Shown: positions 12,566 to 23,619 of the stretch, one piece after another
Layout: every line of letters starts with the position of its first letter
Numbering within the stretch: position 1 is the first letter of the stretch
Assembly (NCBI RefSeq): GCF_006345805.1
Contig: NW_021832791.1
Span: 1 to 32,757, forward strand
Direction: 5' to 3'
DNA from: Octopus sinensis
Lineage: Eukaryota
DNA length: 32,757 nucleotides
Notes under the pieces: generated by a model
What the model was told of the DNA's origin: nothing
The model's database searches: none
The model's input: the letters and a program-made list of their open reading frames with translations, nothing else
Position numbers and translations under genes: made by a program

Positions 12566-12966
12566 AGGCGGCGAGCTGGCAGAAACGTTAGCACGCCGGG
12601 CAAAATGCGTAGCCGTATTTCGTCTGCCGTTACGTTCTGAGTTCAAATTCCGCCTTTCATCCTTTCGGAGTCGATAAATTAAGTACCAGTTATGCACTGG
12701 GGTCGATGTAATTGACTTAATACCTATGTCTGTCCTTGTTTGTCCTCTCTGTGTTTAGCCCCTTGTGGGTAGTAAAGAAATAGGTATTTCGTCTGCCGTA
12801 CGTTCTGAGTTCAAATTCCGCCGAGGTCGACTTTGCCTTTCATCCTTTCGGGGTCGATTAAATAAGTACTAGTTACGCACTGGGGTCGATATAATCGACT
12901 TAATCCGTTTGTCTGTCCGTGTTTGTCCTCTCTGTGTTTAGCCCCTTGTGGGTAGTAATGAAATAG
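12566..12966 (+). mobile_element. SINE family C dimer (head + two body units)
   Basis: The second unit starts at the junction gtaaagaaatag|gtatttcgtctgccg (about 12783). Confidence 0.9.
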
Positions 12967-13794
12967 GTGCTTCTGTTAATCCTGTTCCTTTATACATTCA
13001 TTCTCACACACACACACACACACATGTATATATGTATATGTATGCAATAAGGTGTGGATTGACAGGAAAAAATTATCACACAAAATACCTTGCATTATCT
13101 AGTTATCTAGTAACTGAGTGCAAATTTACATTCTTCACAAGTTAGTAAAATAAATGACAAATACTGAAACCAAATTCATGGACATTTACAAACTTTATGA
13201 CGCAGAGCCGGAGCCAAAAATCAAAATAGTCTCACTCTTACAATATGTACCGTTGTATATTTATATACAAATGCAAAAGTTAATTCAAGTTTTATGGAAT
13301 TATCTCCCTTGCTTTAATACATACATAGATAGATAGATAGATAGATACATACATACATACATACATACATACATACATACATACATACATACATGTAGCT
13401 TGAAAGAGGAAGACGTGTTTTCGTTTGTCTCCTGTCCAAGCTTGATTTGCGCGTTGGCGACCACAGCCTCGTTTAGGCTTACCAGCCCTTCCTGTTTGTT
13501 TTCACTGTCCTGTTTTTGTTACCAATTTTGACACTCCGCAAAATCCCAAATTTTATTTAATTTGCTTTGCGGGAGCAAAGCAAATTTGTTTTATCGAAAG
13601 CGTATATTGTTGTTAAATGCTCGAAATACGAGACTAGGTAAAACAGCCAACAACTGATGAAGGGACGTTTTTTACGTTGTTCGTTTTGTTTTCCATTTCT
13701 GTCTTTTATTGTTCGAAAGAATAGTTCATGTTCCATGTACTCGTGCTTCGTATCTTTTTGTTGTACACGTTTCGTGACATCCTGTGCCAACATA

Positions 13795-13853
<59 letters not shown>

Positions 13854-14023
13854 CGTATGTATATATGCATATACATATATATATTATTTATATTTTATAT
13901 GACTGAACGCCACGCGTCCTCTTCCAAGTAAGTTTTATCTACATACATACGTACGTACGTACATACATACATACATACATACATACATACATACATACAT
14001 ACATACATGCATGCATACATACA

Positions 14024-14323
14024 TGTGCACCTAGAAGTTAGGATGCTGCACTCACGATCATTAGATCGTAAATTCGATTCCCGAACTGAGCAGCGCATTG
14101 TGTTCTTGAGCAAAACTTTTCATTTCACGTTGCTCCAGGCTCGAATCTGTAGATGGGCAATCCTGCAACGAACTAGTCTTCCGCTTACGGAGAATGTTGG
14201 CCTCATTGACTAACAAGCAGGATGATGGCATCATTCGAAAGCTGATAACCGTGCAAAGCACATTGTGACCCGCGATATATAATAACATCCTTGTAGTTCA
14301 GTCGATCAAGCGATCAGGTGATA
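14024..14323 (+). mobile_element. SINE family D (tRNA head, CORE-like body), diverged
   Basis: B box aattcgattccc, body gcattgtgttcttgagcaaaac, tail cattgtgacccgcgat...gatcaggtgata. Confidence 0.7.
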
Positions 14324-14540
14324 CACACACTCGTATATATTCATACGGTCAGGCACACAACCACAAGTATATATGCATACATTCATACACACACACATGT
14401 ATATATATATATATATATATATTGTTATATTTCGGAATGGTCATATTGCTAGTTTAGCCAATAAAAACACACGCACTATATATTTGGTGTTATTTTGCTT
14501 CAGTGATATTTATTTTTTACATTAATCTTAATCTTATTTC

Positions 14541-14585
14541 GGCCAGAGTTCTTTCGTCACACTCCTGTGACCGCATCAGTGGTCC
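14541..14585 (-). ncRNA. Minimal hammerhead-like motif (CUGAUGC variant)
   Basis: Exact reverse complement of 15215-15259. Confidence 0.55.
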
Positions 14586-15214
14586 TTTGTTTTCTTCTTT
14601 CGTATTTGTGTCTCTCCTTACTAACCGTCAGCCATTTTGTATTTCTATTGTATGTTTTCATTTGCGCATGCTTATATCTCTATGTGCGTCTATGTTTATT
14701 TAGTGTGTGTGTGTGTGGGGGGATGCCTGTAATATTTGTATCTTCTGTTTATATACATTCATGTAATTTGTATTTTGTTTTTGTTGTTGTTGCTTTTGTT
14801 CTAATTTTGTTCATGTGTTTACATCCACCCATTATTATCATTACATATGTTTGTATGTATGTATAACAACAATATTAGTAATAATAATAATAAATCTAAT
14901 CGAATTAATATATATATATATATATATATACATATACACATATATATACACATATACACACACACATATATATATATACATACATACACATGAACAAAAT
15001 TAGAACAAAAGCAACAACAACAAAAACAAAATACAAATTACATGAATGTATATAAATAGAAGATACAAATATTACAGGCATCCCCCCACACACACACTAA
15101 ATAAACATAGACGCACATAGAGTTATAAGCATGCGCAAATGAAGACATACAATAGAAATACAAAATGGCTGACGGTTAGTAAGGAGAGACACAAATACGA
15201 AAGAAGAAAACAAA

Positions 15215-15259
15215 GGACCACTGATGCGGTCACAGGAGTGTGACGAAAGAACTCTGGCC
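15215..15259 (+). ncRNA. Minimal hammerhead-like motif (CUGAUGC variant)
   Basis: GGACCA-CTGATGCG-GTCACA-ggag-TGTGAC-GAAA-GAACTC|TGGCC. Helix II 6 bp, helix I 3+2 bp, helix III 2 bp with a 2-nt loop. Confidence 0.55.
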
Positions 15260-15560
15260 GAAATAAGATTAAGATTAATGTAAAAAATAAATATCACTGA
15301 AGCAAAATAACACCAAATATATAGTGCGTGTGTTTTTATTGGCTAAACTGGCAATATGACCATTCCGAAATATAACAATATCTGTTTCAACACACGACTT
15401 CACATAAAAAATCTTGCACAACAAATATTTAAACGTATATATATATATTATATATATATATATATACGGTCATGAACACACACACACACACACTCACATA
15501 TGAATATATGCATACGTTCATGCACACGCAAATACACACCACACATATGTATATAATAAG

Positions 15561-15632
15561 CATGTAAAGCGCATTGTGACCAGCGATATATAGCAACATC
15601 CCTATAGTCCAGTCGATCATGCGATCACGTAA
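15561..15632 (+). mobile_element. Family D SINE/LINE 3' tail fragment
   Basis: aagcgcattgtgaccagcgatatatagcaacatcc...gatcacgt matches 14250-14323. Confidence 0.65.
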
Positions 15633-16016
15633 TACACACACAAATACACACACACACACACGTGCTCATTTCAATAGACTACTCAAATGTTGCAGTTTAA
15701 TTTATATACTAGTTAAGACTTCCAAGTGACATGTCACTTAGATGCAATTCATATTGGTAAATCTTATTTCGAGAAGTTCCTTTCATCTTCTGATGACGTC
15801 AAGACTTTTCCCTGGTGCAGTTAAATCGTCACCAGATGACGTCATTGATATGAAGAAAGATAACGCTATGTCACTGGAGATGATGGCGTCGTTAGAATTT
15901 TATCCGAAATAATGACCGGATGATGTCAAGCTGTTCATGTTGATAGCAATTCTAAGAAAATAATTGCTTCACCACACTCTGATAACAACGTCAACAAAAC
16001 ACAAGAAAAACGGTTG

Positions 16017-16176
<160 letters not shown>

Positions 16177-16572
16177 CTTTCTACTACAGGTACAAGGTCT
16201 GGAATGTGTAGGGAGGGGGATAGTCAATCACATCGATCTCTGCACTTGATAGGTACTTAATTTGTTGTCACCGGGAGGATGAAAGACAAAGTTGACCTCG
16301 GCGAAATTTGAACACAGATCGTGTAGACGGATGAAATACCTATTTCTTTACTACCCACAAGGGGCTAAACACAGAGAGAACAAATAAGGACAGACAAATG
16401 GATTAAGTCGATTATATCGACCCCAATGTGTAACAGGTACTTATTTAATCAACCCCGAAAGGATGAAAGGCAAAGTCGACCTCGGCAGAATTTGAACTCA
16501 GAACGTAGCGGCAGGCGAAATACCGCTAAGCATTTCGCCCGGCGTGCTAACGATTCTGTCAGCTCACAACCT
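16177..16572 (-). mobile_element. SINE family C dimer (C1 unit, then a unit with C2 tail)
   Basis: Head at about 16565. Junction gaaatacc|tatttctttactacc at about 16335-16350. C2 tail into (ATT)n. Confidence 0.85.
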
Positions 16573-16577
16573 TAATA

Positions 16578-16623
16578 TTAATAATAATGATAATAATGAT
16601 AATAATAATAATAATAATAATAA

Positions 16624-16654
<31 letters not shown>

Positions 16655-16742
16655 AAGAAGAATGATGATGATGATGATGATGATGATAATAATAGTAATA
16701 ATAATAATAATAATTATTATTATAATAATAATTATAATAATG

Positions 16743-16808
<66 letters not shown>

Positions 16809-16826
16809 TAATAATAATAATAGTAA
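16578..16826. repeat. Compound (AAT)n(AAG)n(GAT)n(AAT)n trinucleotide array
   Basis: Read directly. Confidence 0.95.
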
Positions 16827-16879
16827 TTGATTCAAATCTTGGTGCAAGGCCAATATTCATAACATTCCTTTCTTTTGTA

Positions 16880-17084
16880 GGCAAAAGGTTTGGAATATTA
16901 TGGAGTGGGGGCAAGTCGATTACATGCTCCACCCTAGTACTCAAATAGGAGTTATTTTATAGACCTGGAAAGGGTGAAAAGCAAAGACGACTTCGGTGAT
17001 ATTTGAATTCAGGGCGTAAAGAGAGATGGAATACCGCTAAGCATTTTGCTTGGTGTTCTAACTAATCTGTCAGTTTGCTGTCTT
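16880..17084 (-). mobile_element. SINE family C (C2), diverged
   Basis: gcaagtcgattac, aaagggtgaaaagcaaagacgacttcgg and ataccgctaagcatttt match the reverse complement of C. Confidence 0.7.
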
Positions 17085-17141
17085 AACAACAACAACAAAA
17101 ATGACGACGACGACAACAACAACAATAATAATAATAATAAA

Positions 17142-17933
17142 ATGTGGAGCCTCCTTGCGCCTATAGAGTATCTCAACAGGCATGATAAAGCGGCAGGGTA
17201 TATTCTCTGGCTAATTTGCAAAAACCTGGACCTGCCTCATGATAAAAACTGGTGTGAAGACAAATCACCTTCAGTGCTTGAAAATGTTCACATCTCACTC
17301 CTCGAACTTTATTGATCAAACTGACAGAAAGATAAATGCAAATGGGCCAGACAATATATTGAAGGATTACGCACGTCTCCTCTTTGATGTGACTGTCCCA
17401 ATCGACATAAATGTATCAATGAAGACCCAACCAAAAACTGAGCAAATATAAAGACCTTGAAAGAGAAATTGGCAAAATGTGGAACCTCAAGACTAAAACA
17501 ATACCTGTTGTTATAGGTACCCTAGAAATGATAGGAGAGGGGGCTGATTGCTGTCTCAGATACTAGGAAATCCAAATATGGAAGACATTTTTAAAATAGT
17601 GCTCATGGGAACTGCTCATATCCTACGAAAACATTTGTCTATGTAATATTCAAAATATTTTAATCTGTAAACATTGTCATAACGTACACAATAGCAAACA
17701 CCATTTACTGAAGTCTTAAGACTACACTACCATCTTATAATCAAATTACCTTTGCTGAAAACTTCTAATTTACTTATGTTTTGACAGGCATTCTCTAGAA
17801 CGATACTTTGTGCAAAACCAAAATATGGCACCCTAGTCATAACACCAAGTTGAACTTCTAAATTGTTATCTCTTCAGGTCTCTGGGTGAAACTTGGCGTC
17901 AACATGTACAAATACAAAGCAAAAACCAAACAT
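17142..17933 (+). mobile_element. 5'-truncated R4/Dong-like non-LTR retrotransposon (restriction-like endonuclease domain + 3' UTR)
   Basis: Frameshifted translation SLLAPIEYLNRHDKAAGYILWLIC...GPDNILKD...LFDVTVP...KLSKYKDLEREIGKMWNLKTKTIPVVIGTL...LMGTAHILRKHLSM* (stop 17644-17646) has the RHD, PD..D and K..KY..L motifs. Flanked by (AAT)n on both sides. Confidence 0.85.
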
Positions 17934-17953
17934 ATAATAATAATATTAATAAT

Positions 17954-18086
17954 TCTTTCTACTAACGTCACAAGGCCTGAAATTTTGTGGGGAGGTGTTC
18001 AGTCGATTACATTGAACTCAGTTTTTCGTTTCATTGGTATTTAATTTATCGGTCCCGAAAGGATTAACGGCAAAGTCGACCTCGGC
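17954..18086 (-). mobile_element. SINE family C (C2) 3' fragment
   Basis: tttctactaacgtcacaaggcctgaaatttt...ggcaaagtcgacctcggc. Confidence 0.7.
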
Positions 18087-18286
18087 TGATGCTCTGATGT
18101 AATACTAGGCTCTCGTGACTTCTGTAATGTTTTGTCTCGGTATAAAAGATGGGCTATAGCAAATATTCTATTCAATGCCACAGATTTGCTTATCATTTGT
18201 TTGATCTTAAAACAGTTGAGCATATCCCTCAGTGGCTGATGAAATGTGCATCTTTGATCACAGCCATATGCCGAAGGGAATTATTT

Positions 18287-18337
18287 GCGCAGCACCTTAG
18301 GCAAGTGTCTTCTACTAAAGCCTCGGGCCGACCAGAG
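18287..18337 (+). mobile_element. Family B CORE-like fragment
   Basis: gcaccttaggcaagtgtcttctactaaagcctcgggccgacc. Confidence 0.6.
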
Positions 18338-18645
18338 TAATTTTGATAGACAGAAACCATCACTACTGCTACTGCTTTTGCTTTATCTTGCTTTGGTATT
18401 TGGTGAATGTGGATGTCTTATGCTTTTGCTCTCATTTGTCTGTTATCAAGCTTATGTAAATTCATTTGGAACTATGGATAGTAGTTTGTCTAAGTATTTC
18501 TAAAATGTGTTGGTATCTACTTCATACACCTGACATATATTTTGCAGAAAGACCCTAAAATCTCAAGCCAACCTACCTTGAATCCTAGCTCATAACCAAA
18601 ACGATCTGTTGGTACTATGCAGCACTCTTTCTGTTCAGTATAGAG

Positions 18646-18878
18646 TAGTGAGTCTCAACCGGTGTCCATATAAGATTTTGTTGTAAAAATTTATCAACTA
18701 TAAATTTATTATACTTCTACAATTCACAAAATATTTTTACAATTTTTTTAACACAATGCCTAATGATATTTAATCATAAAAATAGAAGATGTTTTAAACA
18801 TCGGTTGGCTAAGAGGGTCCATCGGAGTAAAATAGAAATCAAAGGGGTCCATAGATACAAAATGGCTGGGAAATACTG
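18646..18878. mobile_element. hAT (Charlie-like) MITE, decayed
   Basis: Imperfect 15-bp TIRs TAGTGAGTCTCAACC / GGCTGGGAAATACTG, resembling CAGTGTTTCTCAACC. 8-bp flanks gtaTAGag / cctTAGga share the central TAG. Confidence 0.5.
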
Positions 18879-19021
18879 CCTTAGGATCCCAAGCTAAGTC
18901 ACTCTTGAGTCCTGACTTAGAACAGAGAGGAACTATTGGTACCATGAAACAGCCTCTCTCTGTTTAGTTTAGAGGAGTTCTGTTGTTGTTATTTTCTGGG
19001 GGGGGGTTCTCTCTCTCACAG

Positions 19022-19647
19022 GGATAAAATAGTGTTCAGAAAATTGCGAAGGCCAAATAAAGCTCTGTGAGTATTTCTCAAGAATCGAGTTGGAGATAAA
19101 TATTGAGTTCAAGAACATTGCTTTAGATGTTTCGAAATCCTATCAAGTTCCACAGCATTGTAGCATAAACACATGATTGTGTTTATCAGAAGATAAGTTG
19201 AAAGTTATGTACTAGTGAAAGAAAAAGAGCGAAAGAGAGGGAGAGAGAGGTTTTATTAATTCTTTTTTTTTTTTCCTTCCGAAAGTTAGTTTTGACAGGA
19301 GATGGGCTGAGAGCCAAACTAAAAGAGGCTACAACCTATGTAAATTATCAAGAAGGTTGATATTATTGGAGGTGTGAGTAGAAGATAAGGAGGAGGTAGA
19401 ACATAAGATACAGCCGGCAATAGGTAAATACTTGAAACTGATATTCCTTATTAAATATCATCCCATTGTTTTTGTTATTGGTGTATGTATTCTACTTGGT
19501 GATGTTATTCTTACTAGCATTGCTATTGTAGCTGTTATTATTGTTACTGTTGTCGTTGTTATTGTTATGGATGCCTTTTTTTTTTTGAAAAGGATTTTGT
19601 TGCTCAAAGCTTACATCCCTTTGAAGCAACTGTTTATCTACATCAAG
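19022..19647 (+). other. Three phase-compatible candidate exons (19022-19066, 19299-19373, 19593-19647)
   Basis: Pyrimidine-rich AG acceptors and GTGAGT/GTGAGT/GTAAAC donors. The joined frame is open. No recognised homology. Confidence 0.25.
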
Positions 19648-20049
19648 GTAAACAAGATGTATAACCTACAGCAGGAATGTTATTAATCAAAGATTGATTA
19701 CTGTTGCATTGGATGCTTGCCAGAGTAAAGCCGCGAAAGTCATAGGTTAGCAATAGATCATAGAGGGGAGGAACAGAAAGAGAGTAGAAGAGACAGAGAG
19801 AGGGGGGAGGGAAAAGATTTTTGTAGAGAAAAGTGAGTTCCAGCGCACCCCCCTTTTCACATAAATTTAACAGAAACAAGCCAACTGAATCAGGGAATAC
19901 TTGCAATAGGGAGCTGTAAAATTTGGTTTTAAGGGCAAACACAAGCACTTTAGGGAAACTGTATTCTATAATAAGTGTTGTGACCTAGATAATCTGCTAT
20001 AAAACGTGAATTGAATGAAACTTCTTCGTTGCAAACTTTTGCTCCTAAT

Positions 20050-20424
20050 TTTTTTTTCAGTGTTTAGACTGCTGAAACGCCGGGACACCGCAAGGAAAGG
20101 TTTAGTCGAACGAATTGATCCCAGTTCTTAGGTTTTAAAAGCCTGGTACTTATTCTATCGGTTACTTTAGCTCAAACGATAACTTACGAAACGTAAAAAA
20201 AAACAATTATGAAGAAGTGGGCACACACACACACACACAACACACACACACACACACACACACACGGCGGTCTTTCACAGTATCCGTCTACCAAATTTAC
20301 TCACAAGGCATTGGTCGACTACGGGGAATAGTAGATATCTCTTGCCCAAAGTACGGCACAGTGCGACTGAGACCGAAACCGCGTGGTTGCGAGGCGATCT
20401 TAACCGCACAACTATGCCCGTGCC
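20050..20424 (-). mobile_element. Old family B-related SINE
   Basis: tttagtcgaacgaattgatcccag, acttattctatcgg, internal (CA)n, ccgtctaccaaatttactcacaagg, cttgcccaa. Confidence 0.7.
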
Positions 20425-20455
20425 TATAATATTAACTTACAAAGATTGCCTTCTA

Positions 20456-21256
20456 CAGGATGTACCAAAAGTCAGTGATGGGTTTCAGTTTTTAATAACT
20501 TCCTTAACGTTACAAATAAATGCATGAAATTTTGATACAATATAAAGGACATAATGGAACATTACTACGTATGAAAAATGACTTTACTTAAATGGCAGCC
20601 ATTTTCAGCTTCGCATGTCTGTGCTCTTTCCAAAACTTGCACCATAACATCCTCAAGAGTTTCACATCCCACTTCTCTGAATTCTTTATTGATGTTCTCC
20701 TTCAGTTGTATCAGAGTCTCCGGTTTGTTGACGTAAACTCCCTCTTTCAGGTATCCATGAACGAGAATTTTTGTGACTGGCCATTCAAAGACCACACACC
20801 TGGTTCCAGCAAGATGGAGCAACTGCTCATACCGCAAGAGAAACAATGCAGTTGCTACAGCAGTGCTTTAGAGAGAGAATAATCTCCCGCTACGGCAAAG
20901 TCAACTGGCCTTCAGGTTCCCCAGACTTGACTAGCCCGGATTTTTTCTTGTGGGGATACCTGAAAGAGAGGGTTTACGTGAACAAACCAGAGACCCAGGA
21001 GCAAATGAAGGAGAACATCAATAGAGAAATCAGAGAAGTGGGGTCTGAAACTCTTGAAGGTGTTATGGTGCAAGTTTTGGAAAGAGCAAGAGCGTGCGAA
21101 GACGAAAATGGCTACCATTTAAGCGATATCATTTTGTATATGTGATGTAGTGGTGTTGCAAAATTTAATTTGCACATATTAATTTCCATTATGACCTTTA
21201 TATTGTATCGAAATATCATGCATTTATTTGCAAAGTTAAGGAAGTTATTAAAAACT
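20456..21256. mobile_element. Fold-back derivative of a DD41D (rosa-like) Tc1/mariner transposon made of two 3' ends
   Basis: TA + CAGGATGTACCAAAAGTC terminus at 20454-20473. 20487-20756 is an inverted copy of 20954-21256. Confidence 0.85.
20801..21145 (+). pseudogene. DD41D transposase C-terminal fragment
   Basis: WFQQDGATAHTARET...WPSGSPDLTSPDFFLWGYLKERVY. Asp codons at 20813 and 20939 have 41 residues between them. Confidence 0.85.
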
Positions 21257-21448
21257 TATATATATATAGTACACTCGGTAATGTAATTGCAATGCAATAA
21301 AAAACACTTGTGTATTAATAATTGGGTATTCTACCTGCAGTATATTGGATAGATATTGTCCCTTAGTTGGGATATATATGTACTCACACATACATATATA
21401 TATACATATACATATACATATATATATACACACACATATATAGATATA

Positions 21449-22210
21449 TATAAGAATGAATGTTTTTATATATAATGAACGTGAAATACAGGAAGGGACG
21501 AACACGGAACACAGACAAATCATTCGAAGCCTTCAATCTTCAGTCAGACACGAATCATCATAGCAAATTTCGGCTGTTCAATTCTGATATTTGCTCCAAC
21601 TCGGCAGCCCCAAGAAAAAAAACTAAGCTGTAAGCATTAGATTTCTTGGTAGAAGACAGGAATGTGAACGCACAAGACGGATGTGAATACAAGAGACGAA
21701 AACGAAATTGAAAACAGTAATGAAAAAACAAAATATATATAACGGTGGTTGTCATACGACTTTAGACCAAATGAGACAAACAACAACAACATAGCAGCTG
21801 GCGTAGAAATAATTACCGTTTCGGTAGCGGGGACACATGTTGGTCGAGATACGAAGGCCAACAGAATGGTTGAAGAAGCAGCAGGTCGCAGAGAGAGAGA
21901 AAGAGAGACAGAGAGAGAGGGAATCAAAGAGGGTGGAAGGCAGGGGACAGAATCAGTGACCAAGAGAGAAGGAGAAAGAAGGGATTAAGGAGGATGGGAG
22001 GAAGAGAGGGGAAGAATCGGAGGGCGCCAAAAAGTTTGGTGAAGAAGCAATGGCGGGTAGTAAAAGACAGTGTGTATAGAAGTCGTGCAGGGTTTAAAAT
22101 TGGACAAACAAACGGGGGGGTGCACGTAACGCCGCAATAATATAAGAATGAATGTTTTTTATATTATAATGAACGTGAAATACAGGAAGGGACGAACACG
22201 GAACAGACAA
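21449..22210. mobile_element. Unclassified 762-bp element with 70-bp terminal direct repeat
   Basis: 21449-21518 matches 22141-22210. (TA)n on both flanks. Confidence 0.6.
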
Positions 22211-22273
22211 GTTTATAGATATATATATATATATACGTATATATATATTATATATATATATATATATATACAT

Positions 22274-22663
22274 CGTTTAAATATTTGTTGTGCAAGATCT
22301 TTTATGTGAAGTCGTGTGTTGAAACAGATATTGTTATATTTCGGAATGGTCATTTTGCCAGTTTAGCCAAAAAACACACGCACTATATATTGGTGTTTTT
22401 TGCTTCAGTGTTATTTATTTTTTACATTAATCTTAATCTTATTTCGGCCAGAGTTCTTTCGTCACACTCCTGTGACCGCATCAGTGGTCCTTTGTTTTCT
22501 TCTTTCTTATTTGTGTCTCTCCTTACTAACCGTCAGCCATTTTGTATTAGTGTATTAAGATTAATGTAAAAAATAAATAATACTGAAGCAAAATAACACC
22601 AAATATATAGTGCGTGTGTTTTTATTGGCTAAACTGGCAAAATGACCATTCAGAAATATAACA

Positions 22664-22666
<3 letters not shown>
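22274..22666. mobile_element. Second fold-back copy of the Penelope-like repeat
   Basis: Long arm 22274-22548 (with the 55-bp extension) and short inverted arm 22554-22666. Confidence 0.8.
22446..22490 (-). ncRNA. Minimal hammerhead-like motif (CUGAUGC variant), third copy
   Basis: Identical to 14541-14585. Confidence 0.55.
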
Positions 22667-22721
<55 letters not shown>

Positions 22722-23619
22722 CTTTGAATCATTTATTTCTTTTTATGTCCTCTTTAAATTCCTTCTTATTTCTTCTTCGTCTTTTTTATGGCTGATTATA
22801 ATAATTTTTTCCCATCACTTTGCATTACTGTCCTTCTTTTCTCTTCTTTCTCTTCTCTCTTGATTTCTTTCTCTCTTTCTTCCTTTCTGTCTGTCTTTCT
22901 TTCTTACTTTCTTTCTTTCTTAATTATTTATTGTACTCATTTATTCATTGTAGCTAAGGTTTCCATTTTATTTCATTACAATGGTAACAACAGGAAACAC
23001 TTTAACTACACGCCATAGCCAGTTTTCTAAATTCTAATTTCTAAAGGTACAAGTGGTATAGTCAGTCCTCAGGAAAATACAGGAAACCTTAGAAAGTATT
23101 TTAACATATTACGAAAACAACATAAATAATGCCATAAGAATTAAGAGACACTGAGAAATAGATAAAACTGTAAAAAATCTTTTCTTTGCTGGGTATCAGG
23201 GCCGAGCACAAAGCAAAAAAGGGGCAGCATAGCACAAGGGACAATTAACAACAAATAAATTAAAGAATAAAATTTCTTAAAAATGGGGTGTTTCCCCCAG
23301 GACTAATCAAGAGCCCCACACACTGGTCCTCACAATCACCAAGGGCACATCAGGGAGGTACAGCACTCTTCAACGGCTCCAGCTTACATGGGCCATTCTT
23401 ATATGGACAAGCTTACATGGGCCATTCTTACCACAAGATAAATCTATAAATAAAGTGAAAATAGCGGGTTAAAATATCCGTTTGGATAGGAAAAGTCGGA
23501 GGCTATCCATGGGCTTCCAACCCACATATTCTGTCATGTTTACAGATATGAATTCGAGTCTTACATGAAGTCTCCGTTTCGTCCTAACGAAAGAGATATT
23601 TTAACCCAATACTTACAAG

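Larger units (their letters stand above)
14420..15435. mobile_element. Fold-back palindrome of a Penelope-like terminal repeat (two arms of about 395 bp)
   Basis: 14420-14818 is the near-perfect reverse complement of 14986-15380, plus a 55-bp extension at 15381-15435. Same family at 22274-22666. Each arm carries a hammerhead-like fold. Confidence 0.8.

Noticed and set aside
13615-13730. CTGATGA (13654-13660) with nearby GAAA motifs as a fourth hammerhead
   Set aside because: Helices I, II and III could not be formed consistently with either GAAA.
18577-18630. Minus-strand exon-like segment KECCIVPTDRFGYELGFK with GTAGGT donor
   Set aside because: Weak acceptor, no partner exon, and it conflicts with the plus-strand candidates. 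Within chance expectation.
21515-21550. CTGAAGA...GAATGATTTGTC on the minus strand as a hammerhead
   Set aside because: Helix II is too tight, GAAA is broken and helix I does not pair.
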